From Synechococcus sp. (GTDB lineage Bacteria; Cyanobacteriota; Cyanobacteriia; Thermostichales; PCC-7336): a stretch of 15,911 bases of DNA. The stretch spans positions 1 to 15,911 of the forward strand of contig JBFRWN010000100.1 of the NCBI GenBank assembly GCA_051439605.1, written 5' to 3'. Of this stretch, positions 1 to 7,999 are shown one piece after another (position 1 is the stretch's first letter; each line of letters begins with the position of its first letter). Under the pieces are notes generated by a model. The model had not been told where the DNA came from. It saw only the letters and a program-made list of their open reading frames with translations, and did no database searches. A program made the translations under genes and the position numbers.

Positions 1-59
1 TTCGTCTGTCATGGTTCGGACGCCCTCAATAAACATGCCACTTTGGACCTGCCTCTCTC

Positions 60-100
60 AAGCGCTTTACTAACTTAGCTACCTCGGATCCCATTGTCAA
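60..100 (-). promoter_or_regulatory. Strong sigma70-type promoter transcribing off the left edge; probably an rRNA operon promoter
   Basis: The minus strand reads TTGACA (100-95), a 17-nt spacer, then TAAGTT (77-72). It continues AGTAAAGCGCT..., a possible hairpin and GAACCATGACAG, which resembles the cyanobacterial rrn leader boxA as I recall it. The promoter is well supported; the rrn assignment is inference. Confidence 0.65.
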
Positions 101-170
101 CTCCTTCCTCAAAAAATCTTCCTTGGAGCTGTAACCCACTCTCCAATGAGCTCCATTTCAGCGGTCAGAA

Positions 171-340
171 TACTGTGCGAACAGCGCCTGAGTAAGGGCC
201 TTGTAGCTCGTTAGAAGCCCATAGACATCGGTTAGTAGGGAAGTTGGCAACTCTGGACGCAGCCCCCTTTCAGGCAGCCGATGAGCCATTAAGCTCTGTT
301 ACGCGTACCTGAAACAGACTTACAGGCGTCAAGCCGGATA
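171..340 (+). ncRNA. ssrS: 6S RNA (cyanobacterial 6Sa/SsaA)
   Basis: The 5' GCGAACAGCGCCTGAGTAAG and 3' GACTTACAGGCGTCAAGC match cyanobacterial 6S end motifs as I recall them. It folds as one long rod: CGCCTG(A)GTAAG (185-196) pairs with CTTACAGGCG (319-328), CATCGGTT with AGCCGATG, and AGGG with CCCT, leaving a central bubble. No credible ORF here; ends approximate. Confidence 0.82.
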
Positions 341-359
341 GGGATGTTTTATCCCTTTC
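340..359 (+). terminator. Short hairpin directly after the 6S RNA; possible terminator
   Basis: AGGGAT-GTTTT-ATCCCT followed by a short T run. The U-tract is weak. Confidence 0.4.
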
Positions 360-410
360 ATTCGGCACCCTTTTCACTGGTCTGAGAGAGATGTGACCAC
401 TGCGCTCTAA

Positions 411-503
411 TAGCTATCCATATCTCGATTGGGACAGTCAGGATTTTTGTCCGGTTAGGGAACCTGGACACATGAGATGCCCTCAGCGACTTGACGATAG
501 CTA
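411..503. mobile_element. 93-bp MITE of IS630 type (TA-flanked)
   Basis: The termini TAGCTATC...GATAGCTA are a perfect 8-bp inverted repeat. It extends imperfectly to 26 bp with 17/26 identity (TAGCTATCCATATCTCGATTGGGACA vs reverse complement TAGCTATCGTCAAGTCGCTGAGGGCA). There is an internal hairpin at 448-470 and no coding capacity. Confidence 0.6.
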
Positions 504-505
504 TA

Positions 506-1600
506 TCAATGGTTTTCAACTCCGGAAGCCGTTGTTCGTTTTTTTCTTGACAGCGTCCTTTCAACGATAATATCGACAGCTTCGATCGCTCCGTTGGGAA
601 CCACTTTTTTGCGATTACTGGAAAATGGCAGGCTCAGTCTCTCTGCCACCGCATCAATCGCTGTTTCAATATCGCTCGCTATCGCGCATCTCTCTCCCCA
701 TTTCTGCAGCCTCAATAATTGGCGATCGTACAGTCGCTGTTGGGCAAAGGCCACTAAGGGAAGTCCAAGAAGGTGGCATTCCGACAGGGTGTTGTAGCCC
801 CCAGCCCCCAACACCAAAGCCGCAGCGGGCAAGCACTCAATTGCGGGCCAATGGGATATCCACAAACTCGAATGGCAGGTGTCCGGGCAGGTGGGGGCAA
901 TACAGCGCACCCAAACCTCCGGCATTGCTTTGGCCAAAGATGTTGCCAGCTGTCCGAATTGTGATCGCTCCTGAGGGAGTCCCGATGCTAGTACCACAGC
1001 CGTTTTGCAATCCCCGAGGTTCGGAGGCAAATTCAACAGCGCCCTCGCCTGTTCCAAACTGGGCAATTCATTCAGTCCGCGCAATACCCAAGGGGCAGTG
1101 GGAACGGCTTGAGGCAAGTGGGAAAATTCTGAGGCAATGGAGTCTTGGGGAATGAGGATAGTGGAGAAGGTTCGAGCTACAAAAGCTACTAGATCTTTAG
1201 CAGCGATATAGGCGGGATTAAGATCGCGCTGCACGAGGACGAGTGGAATGCGTCTAGCGATCGCGGGTAGCAAATCAGCCAGTTCTCCCCCCAAGCCGCG
1301 GGGGAAAGTGTCAACAATTAAACAGTCGCAATCTGGCTGGGAGATGCAATCGCGCACGAACTTGCAGGCAGTTTGAAAGTTTGAGTCAGGGGGAATCGGG
1401 ACAAGCTGGAGAGGCTTGAGATTAGCGTTGGGGATTGTAGACGAATTCTCAATGGCAAGGTGAGAGGCGATGTAACTGGCATAGTGACTGTTGGTGAGAA
1501 TACGCACCTGATGGCGCTGAGCAGCAATACGGCCCAACGAGATCGCCCTCGTTAAATGGCCCCAGCCTCCCCCCAACGCGTAAATCAGCCAGCGGGCCAT
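506..1600 (-). CDS. GT-B fold glycosyltransferase-like protein (GT28/GT1-related), 364 aa
   Basis: N-terminal GGGWGHLTR motif, a central VDTFPRG, and a C-terminal nucleotide-sugar binding-type GAGGYNTLSE...PLV...DRQ motif. The ATG lies 2 nt after the upstream stop. Confidence 0.8.
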   Translation of the reverse strand: MARWLIYALGGGWGHLTRAISLGRIAAQRHQVRILTNSHYASYIASHLAIENSSTIPNANLKPLQLVPIPPDSNFQTACKFVRDCISQPDCDCLIVDTFPRGLGGELADLLPAIARRIPLVLVQRDLNPAYIAAKDLVAFVARTFSTILIPQDSIASEFSHLPQAVPTAPWVLRGLNELPSLEQARALLNLPPNLGDCKTAVVLASGLPQERSQFGQLATSLAKAMPEVWVRCIAPTCPDTCHSSLWISHWPAIECLPAAALVLGAGGYNTLSECHLLGLPLVAFAQQRLYDRQLLRLQKWGERCAIASDIETAIDAVAERLSLPFSSNRKKVVPNGAIEAVDIIVERTLSRKKRTTASGVENH

Positions 1601-1602
1601 GC

Positions 1603-2373
1603 CTAGCTGGCCTCCAAATCTTGCTCGAAATCCATATCTGCCTCTTCTTCGAAGGCGGCAGAATCCGCCTCGGTAAAGGCCATGCGTTCGGAGTCGCGAT
1701 CGTAGTAATAGTTATGGCGATTGCTGTAATAGGAGCTACCCCAATAGCGGTAGCGACCGTAGCCAGGATAGTAGCTGTCGTAGTCGTTGTAAAAAATATC
1801 GTTGGACAGTACGCCAGTGCCTCGACAATAGCGACATCCAGTGGGGTTAGTGCGACCGCAGGTGCGTTTGAATAAAAATCCCACTTGGTTTTGACAAGTT
1901 TCGCCCACCTCAAAGGCAGCTGACCCCATTGCTGCTCCAGCAACCGTTAGTCCTGCCACAGCAGAACCTCCAGACCCTACTTTGGGGGTAGATTGCGTGC
2001 GGCTTGATTCAATGGGAAATCTACCGGAGACTTCCGAACTGCTGTCAAGACGTACCCTCAGTTCGTAAGGACCGATGCGGATGCAATCGCCAGGAGACAC
2101 CACGGTGTCGCCGGTAAAGGGGCAATCGTTGATGGCCATAATTCTCGAGTCGTATTCCGGCATCAGAAGCACCCCATCCCCGCTGGCCCGCAGGGAGGCG
2201 TGAAACATGTAAATCTTGTCGTTAGGGAGTACCAGCGAACAGACCGGCTCCCCATCCAAAGAGCGGGGTAACCCGGCTAAATTTCGCCCGATCGCGATCG
2301 GCAAGGTTCCCCGACATTCCTGTCGCTGCCCGCTGTCGGGATCGATCCAAGTAAGATGCAAGCGCACGGTCAT
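1603..2373 (-). CDS. FHA-like domain protein with C-terminal Cys4 motif and Tyr-rich/acidic tail, 256 aa
   Basis: FHA-like pattern LPIAIGR...FHASL...PGDCIRIGPYELRV, then a Ser/Gly linker, C-x11-C-x7-C-x2-C, a Tyr-rich segment and the acidic end FEQDLEAS. The start abuts the upstream stop (TAGATG). Confidence 0.8.
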   Translation of the reverse strand: MTVRLHLTWIDPDSGQRQECRGTLPIAIGRNLAGLPRSLDGEPVCSLVLPNDKIYMFHASLRASGDGVLLMPEYDSRIMAINDCPFTGDTVVSPGDCIRIGPYELRVRLDSSSEVSGRFPIESSRTQSTPKVGSGGSAVAGLTVAGAAMGSAAFEVGETCQNQVGFLFKRTCGRTNPTGCRYCRGTGVLSNDIFYNDYDSYYPGYGRYRYWGSSYYSNRHNYYYDRDSERMAFTEADSAAFEEEADMDFEQDLEAS

Positions 2374-3060
2374 CTATTCCCCTACTAGGTGAATGGCATA
2401 GGCGATTGCGGCCTGTTGTTCCAGCGACATGACGTCGAAGCCAAAGGCGGTCATAGCCAGAGGCTGCAGATCGTCTCGGGTGGAGAGCACGGTGCGATCG
2501 CCAGCATCCCGCAGCGACAGTTTCCCGTCTTTCAGCTTGACTTTGTACAGCGATTGCTGATCCGGCGATTCTAGTTCGTAGCCGTACTCCCGTTGCTTAA
2601 TTCGATAAATGGGTTCGTCCGTTCCTGACTCGAGTTTGTAGTCCCCGTCAGCTTGCCGCCGTAACAGGAAGAGCTCCTGCGATTGCTCGGGATTCTCCAG
2701 TTTCCACTTGGTCTCGTCAGTGACGACGTATCCCAACACCTCGTCATCAGCGTTCTTAATTTTGACCTTATTGACCTGGACTGTCAGGCGGACCAGTTCG
2801 GTTTCTGTTCCATCTACCAACTTGGCTCCATCCTCCTTCGGCTTGAGGGAAAAGGCTTCGCTGCCATCCTCCTGCTTGAACTTGACGGTATCCTCCAGCG
2901 CAGTGGGGAAGAGAGAACCTGCAGCTGGAGAGACCGCTACCGTAGATAGGGTGGATGGTAGGGTTTGAGATTCGGACTGGTTGGTGGGAGCGCTGCTGCA
3001 ACCGATCGCCACTGCAGCCAGAATCACAAGGCAACCGGCAATCCAAGAGACTTTAAGCAT
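2374..3060 (-). CDS. Lipoprotein with beta-hairpin repeats, 228 aa
   Basis: Hydrophobic signal ending in a lipobox-like VAIG-C21, a Ser/Thr/Pro linker, then repeated ~20-aa beta-hairpin units and a C-terminal hydrophobic helix. Confidence 0.8.
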   Translation of the reverse strand: MLKVSWIAGCLVILAAVAIGCSSAPTNQSESQTLPSTLSTVAVSPAAGSLFPTALEDTVKFKQEDGSEAFSLKPKEDGAKLVDGTETELVRLTVQVNKVKIKNADDEVLGYVVTDETKWKLENPEQSQELFLLRRQADGDYKLESGTDEPIYRIKQREYGYELESPDQQSLYKVKLKDGKLSLRDAGDRTVLSTRDDLQPLAMTAFGFDVMSLEQQAAIAYAIHLVGE

Positions 3061-3108
3061 GATTCATTTCAACAAGTTGGAACAGAAAGAAAGGGGAAAC
3101 AGTTGGAG

Positions 3109-3978
3109 CTATGGGGCATTTTTCGAGAGCATGCGGGCCAAATTGAGGATCTGATAGAGGCTGAGAAACATGGCAGCGGCAACTTGAGAAAGCCCCTCAG
3201 CACTTTGCGCTAGATGGGAGGTGGTTTTGACTTTTAGTTGCAGCGAACGCTCGTCTGCCTTCACCCCTTTCAGTTCAGTCTCGGGGGGCAGTTGGATAGC
3301 ACCTCTGACGTCCTGCTGTAACACCTGCATGCCCCCGTAACGCTTACGGGGAAAAGTGAAATTCAACAGCAGTTCTGACCCTTTGCATTTGATTTTGCGT
3401 TTGTGCTTGTACTTGCCTCGGCGCGTTCGCTTCCAGCCGGAGGCAATTTGGGTGCGTTCGGTAACAGTCAATGCAAATTGATTGCCGTCTAAAAATTCCC
3501 CCTGCAGTTTCAGCCACGGATCGCGAAAATGTTGCACCTTCCAACCAGAGCGAGTGGGATGGGGGGCTTTGCCGATGAATTTGGGACGATGGGTGGGGGA
3601 GGTAAATAGCAGGATTAGGTCGAGGGGATGGGATGGGGAGCAATCGCGGGCCAAAAGGGGAAGCAGATGTTGGGGAAATTCGTAGCGGTAATTGCTGAGG
3701 TTAAACCGCCCTTGCAGCCCCCACAGTATGGCGGCAATCGAAGCTACGATCCCCAGTCCTGCGGCCAGATAAACCAGGGGGGGAAAGGCATTTGCCCCAA
3801 AGGCCGCAGCAATCGCAGCCACCGCGCTGCAACCGAACAAGATCTGGTAGCGCCGGATGATTGTCTCTATGTAGCGATCGAATCCGGCGATCGCGGATAA
3901 ATCCTCTAACAGCTGGGGCTCGGGAGCTTGCCCCCGATAGGTCTTGCTTTGACGCAATTGGGCTAAGTTGATGGCCAT
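3109..3978 (-). CDS. Hypothetical membrane protein with two predicted TM helices, 289 aa
   Basis: Long ORF with a strong SD (GGGAGG) just upstream of the ATG. Hydrophobic hairpin at about aa 45-88 and a highly basic KRTRRGKYKHKRKIK segment. First gene of the operon. Confidence 0.8.
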   Translation of the reverse strand: MAINLAQLRQSKTYRGQAPEPQLLEDLSAIAGFDRYIETIIRRYQILFGCSAVAAIAAAFGANAFPPLVYLAAGLGIVASIAAILWGLQGRFNLSNYRYEFPQHLLPLLARDCSPSHPLDLILLFTSPTHRPKFIGKAPHPTRSGWKVQHFRDPWLKLQGEFLDGNQFALTVTERTQIASGWKRTRRGKYKHKRKIKCKGSELLLNFTFPRKRYGGMQVLQQDVRGAIQLPPETELKGVKADERSLQLKVKTTSHLAQSAEGLSQVAAAMFLSLYQILNLARMLSKNAP

Positions 3979-5111
3979 AGGTCGCCTCCCACCGCATCGG
4001 CGATCGCTAGTTTTCGCGCGCCGACAAAGGTAAGCCTATTGAGAATTTAGAGGCTTGTCACCCCAATCCCGCGAAGGTTTATTCGATGCGATCGCTCGCT
4101 TCAGAATTTCCGATGCAAGTAAAATTGCGGCAGATTCGCTGCAATCGTACACAGAATTTCAGACATCTCAATTTTGCAGACAACAGGTGCGATCGTTTGG
4201 TGCAATTACTATTGCCCGACTACTGATGCAATAGATGTACTGTGATGTTTGATTAGTCTGTAAGGTATGAAAAGCCGATGCTCTAGTAGGTTTGCATTCC
4301 AACTGCTGGAGTGCTCTTTCACAAGACTAGAAGAAGGGAAATAGCCTTGCTAGGTATACTGTGAGAAACTGTATTAGTTATCTCCACGTAATTCCATAGA
4401 GCCATTAAGCTTTGGGTTTATTGAAAAAGATGCGGTTGAAAAGCCACAGGATTAACCCATGCCGAAACTTCTTTTATAAAAAAGGGAATATATTAAGCAG
4501 GGCAATTGTATTTAATATCGTGTTCTCAAACCACTATAATCTGCTCCAATATTTTACTGAACAATCCATATTCTGCCTCAAACAAAGCTCCAGAATTGAG
4601 TGTACTTATGTCAGCCTGAAACATAACTTCTGGGACTCGACCTCCTTCAGTTAGTCCGTGACCTGCTTGAACTTTAGTCTCTCATCGATCTTCGCACCCC
4701 TTCAGCCAAAAAGATCAACCCCAAGCTTGTGAGAACGCATTTTCAATAAGCAATATTTGTTACTGTGACTAATTACTATTGTTGATACTGTGATTCATGA
4801 TATCACCTCCAACCTTGGAGCCAGGAGCAACCTACTAATACCTCTAATTGTGAGCTGAAAACGGAAAATTTTATTATTTTTAGGACGTACAAACCAAGAG
4901 TGCATGATACGTTCTAATTGAAATCGCTTCTCTTAGAAAAGGTGATATATTTATACCGCCAGCAATGGCTGAAGAAGATAAGTACATGAATTGCCATCAA
5001 CGAGTATTGTTATTGGTGTCATGGACTTTTGAAACTGTTCGAATAATCCAAACGTTTTTCATCGATCTATCCTATTCTCGTCGTCATTGATTCTTAGATA
5101 TTTCTTGTTTT

Positions 5112-7646
5112 ATGACTGATGCTGCCGTCGATAGGAACCCAATCGATACAGTTCGATCGATTACAGCCATCTCGATGGAGAGTGTAGAAATTCGGGTGCG
5201 CGGAATTGTTCAGGGAGTTGGCTTTCGACCAACAGTTTGGCGCATAGCCCGTGAAATGGGCTTGGTTGGAGAGGTCCACAATGATGCAGCAGGAGTATCA
5301 ATCATACTGTCAGGGGATTCCGATACGATTGCCCAATTTTCACAGCGTCTAGTTCGAGAAGCTCCGCCTCTCTCTCGAATAGACGCGATTGAAACTCGAA
5401 AGCTCGGAGAGTTCTTACCTTTCTCCAGTTTTCAGATTGTGAAAAGCGTTGCAGGGGAAACCCGCACGCAGGTGGCTCCCGATGCTGCCACTTGTCTAGC
5501 CTGTCGCCAGGAAGTCTTAAATCCCCTGGAGCGACGGTATCGCTATCCGTTCACCAACTGCACCCACTGTGGGCCACGTATTTCGATCGTCAGGGGAATT
5601 CCTTACGATCGCGCGAATACCACTATGAGTCCGTTTCCCCTGTGCGAACACTGTGCCCAGGAGTACGGGAATCCTGCCGATCGCCGCTTCCACACCCAAC
5701 CAATCGCCTGTGCCGTCTGTGGCCCTCGGGTTTGGTTGGAACGCCCCACGTTGGGTCAACTTCTTTCCAAAAAAATGGAGGAAGGGGAACGGACTCAAAC
5801 TCATCATCGTATCGATGCGAATCATGCCGATGCGATCGCCCTCGCAGCAGAATCGCTCCTGCAGGGGGAGATTGTTGCGATTCGGGGGCTAGGCGGCTTC
5901 CATTTAGCTTGCGATGCCACCAATGAAGCAGCTGTGCAACGCTTGCGAGCTCGTAAACGACGGTTTGGTAAGCCCTTTGCTCTGATGGCAAGAGATTTGG
6001 AAACCATTCGGCGCTATTGCCGGGTCACGCAGGCCGAGCAGCAGGTACTCGAGAGTCCGGAAGCCCCGATCGTCATATTGAGCGCACAGGGCTCAGAATC
6101 CCTGCCCATCAGCATTGCGCCGGGGCTCGAATGTTTGGGGTTTATGTTGCCTTATACGCCCCTGCATCTGTTGCTGTTAAATCAAGTCGATCGCCCCGTA
6201 GTCATGACCAGCGGCAATGTATCCCACGAGCCGCAGGCGATCGACAATGAACTGGCAAGGCACAAACTGAACGATATCGCCGATGTCCTGCTGCTCCATA
6301 ATCGGGAGATTGCCAACCGGATTGACGATTCGGTGGTGCGGTTTATGGGGGGACAACCGCGACTCTTACGACGCGCTCGGGGATATGCCCCCAGAGGCAT
6401 CCCCCTACCTCCCGGCTTTGAGTCTGCCCCCCCTCTGTTAGCTCACGGTGGCGAATTGAAGTCAACTTTCTGTTTGGTCAAGGATGGAGCCGCTATTCTG
6501 TCCCAACACCAAGGGGATTTAGAGGATCTGGAAACCTTCGAAGACTACCAGAAAAACTTACAGCTTTACGCCAGCTTGTACGACCACCATCCCCAGGTTT
6601 TGGTCAGCGATCTGCATCCCGAATATCTGTCCACCAAACTGGCCAAGCAGACTGCCACCGTCCAGAGACTGCCCTTAATTGAAGTGCAGCACCACCATGC
6701 CCATATTGCCAGCTGCTTGGTGGAGAACGCGGTTCCCTTGGCAACAGCACCAGTCCTGGGAATTGCTCTAGATGGTCTGGGATTTGGAGCCGATGGGAGC
6801 ATTTGGGGGGGTGAGTTTCTGTTGGCGGACTATCGGGGCTTCCAGCGTCTGGCAACATTAAAACCGGTCTCAATGATTGGGGGAGCCCAGGCCATTCGGG
6901 AACCCTGGCGCAATACCTATGCCCACCTATTGTCTGCCTTGGGATGGGACCAGTTTGCCCACCAGTTTGGGTCCTTAGATCTGTACACCTACCTGGCCCC
7001 AAAGCCCCGTCAAATCATCGATCGAATGTTGAACCGGGGCTTAAATGTGCCCCTAGCCAGCTCCTGTGGACGGCTGTTCGATGCAGTCTCTGCAGCGGTC
7101 GGGCTGTGTCGCGATCGGGCTTTATTTGAAGGCCAAGGAGCCATCGAGCTCGAAATGGTGGCGGATACAGCCTATTTGCAGACTGCGGATGATTCTCAGG
7201 CTTATCCGTTTGCGATCGCCACCTTACCTGAAACTGGCTTGACCTACCTGGAGCCACGTCCCATGTGGCAGGCCTTATTGAGCGATCTCCAATCCCAGGT
7301 CTCCGTTCCGGCGATCGCGGCCCGCTTTCATCAGGGGTTAGCCCAGGCGATCGCGTCTATGGTTGAAACTCTGGCATATGCGCCGTTACCCAATCCCACC
7401 TTGATTCAAGCTCGCTTGACTCGTAACGGTCACCCCAGGGCTCCGCAAGCCAGTGCCACCTCGCATCCCCAGTTCAGCACCGTTGCCCTATCGGGGGGAT
7501 GTTTTCAAAACAAGATTCTGTTGGAGGAGGTGACCCGTCGAATTGAAGCGATCGGGTTTCCCTGTTTGTCTCAGGCCAAAGTTCCCTCCAACGATGGAGG
7601 ATTGTCGCTGGGACAAGCCGCGATCGCCGCTGCCCAATCTCTCTAA
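5112..7646 (+). CDS. hypF: Carbamoyltransferase HypF
   Basis: Acylphosphatase-like VQGVGFRP, two zinc fingers (CLAC...CTHC and CEHC...CAVC), YrdC-like GLGGFHLACDA, Kae1-like HHHAH and DGLGFG, and C-terminal NDGGLSLGQ. An alternative start is ATG 5175. Confidence 0.98.
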   Translation: MTDAAVDRNPIDTVRSITAISMESVEIRVRGIVQGVGFRPTVWRIAREMGLVGEVHNDAAGVSIILSGDSDTIAQFSQRLVREAPPLSRIDAIETRKLGEFLPFSSFQIVKSVAGETRTQVAPDAATCLACRQEVLNPLERRYRYPFTNCTHCGPRISIVRGIPYDRANTTMSPFPLCEHCAQEYGNPADRRFHTQPIACAVCGPRVWLERPTLGQLLSKKMEEGERTQTHHRIDANHADAIALAAESLLQGEIVAIRGLGGFHLACDATNEAAVQRLRARKRRFGKPFALMARDLETIRRYCRVTQAEQQVLESPEAPIVILSAQGSESLPISIAPGLECLGFMLPYTPLHLLLLNQVDRPVVMTSGNVSHEPQAIDNELARHKLNDIADVLLLHNREIANRIDDSVVRFMGGQPRLLRRARGYAPRGIPLPPGFESAPPLLAHGGELKSTFCLVKDGAAILSQHQGDLEDLETFEDYQKNLQLYASLYDHHPQVLVSDLHPEYLSTKLAKQTATVQRLPLIEVQHHHAHIASCLVENAVPLATAPVLGIALDGLGFGADGSIWGGEFLLADYRGFQRLATLKPVSMIGGAQAIREPWRNTYAHLLSALGWDQFAHQFGSLDLYTYLAPKPRQIIDRMLNRGLNVPLASSCGRLFDAVSAAVGLCRDRALFEGQGAIELEMVADTAYLQTADDSQAYPFAIATLPETGLTYLEPRPMWQALLSDLQSQVSVPAIAARFHQGLAQAIASMVETLAYAPLPNPTLIQARLTRNGHPRAPQASATSHPQFSTVALSGGCFQNKILLEEVTRRIEAIGFPCLSQAKVPSNDGGLSLGQAAIAAAQSL

Positions 7647-7694
7647 TGGCTTGCAAATGGCATTCCAGATAGCCACCGCTCGAGGATAACGCTT

Positions 7695-7973
7695 ATGTGC
7701 CTTGGAATTCCTGGCCAAATTGTCAACATTACAAACTCAGAATTGCAGTTGGGGTTGGTGAACATCAGTGGCGTTCAGCGGGAAGTCAATCTGGCTTGCG
7801 TGGTGAACGAAGACCATCCCCTGGATGCTTGTGTGGGGGACTGGGTTTTGGTTCATGTAGGCTTTGCCATGAGTCGCCTTGACGAGCAGGAGGCTGCCGC
7901 CACCTTAGACCTGTTGAATCAACTGGGGGAGGTGCAGGAGGAATTGGCCGGTACGCAAACATCGGAAGCCTAA
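7695..7973 (+). CDS. hypC: Hydrogenase maturation chaperone HypC
   Basis: N-terminal MCLGIP, VGDWVLVHVGFAMS motif, and a GAGGA SD at 7682-7686. Confidence 0.98.
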   Translation: MCLGIPGQIVNITNSELQLGLVNISGVQREVNLACVVNEDHPLDACVGDWVLVHVGFAMSRLDEQEAAATLDLLNQLGEVQEELAGTQTSEA

Positions 7974-7999
7974 TTTTTATTGATAGTGAGGAATAGTTG

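Noticed and set aside
358..564. 68-aa minus-strand ORF
   Set aside because: It overlaps the glycosyltransferase 3' end and runs through the MITE, with no recognisable motif.
4412..4654. 80-aa plus-strand ORF in the intergenic region
   Set aside because: TTG start, no SD and no family resemblance in AT-rich DNA. A ~50-codon opposite-strand open stretch also lacks a convincing start.
4789..4807. CRP-like TGTGA...TCAC palindrome upstream of hypF
   Set aside because: The spacer is 9 nt rather than the required 6.
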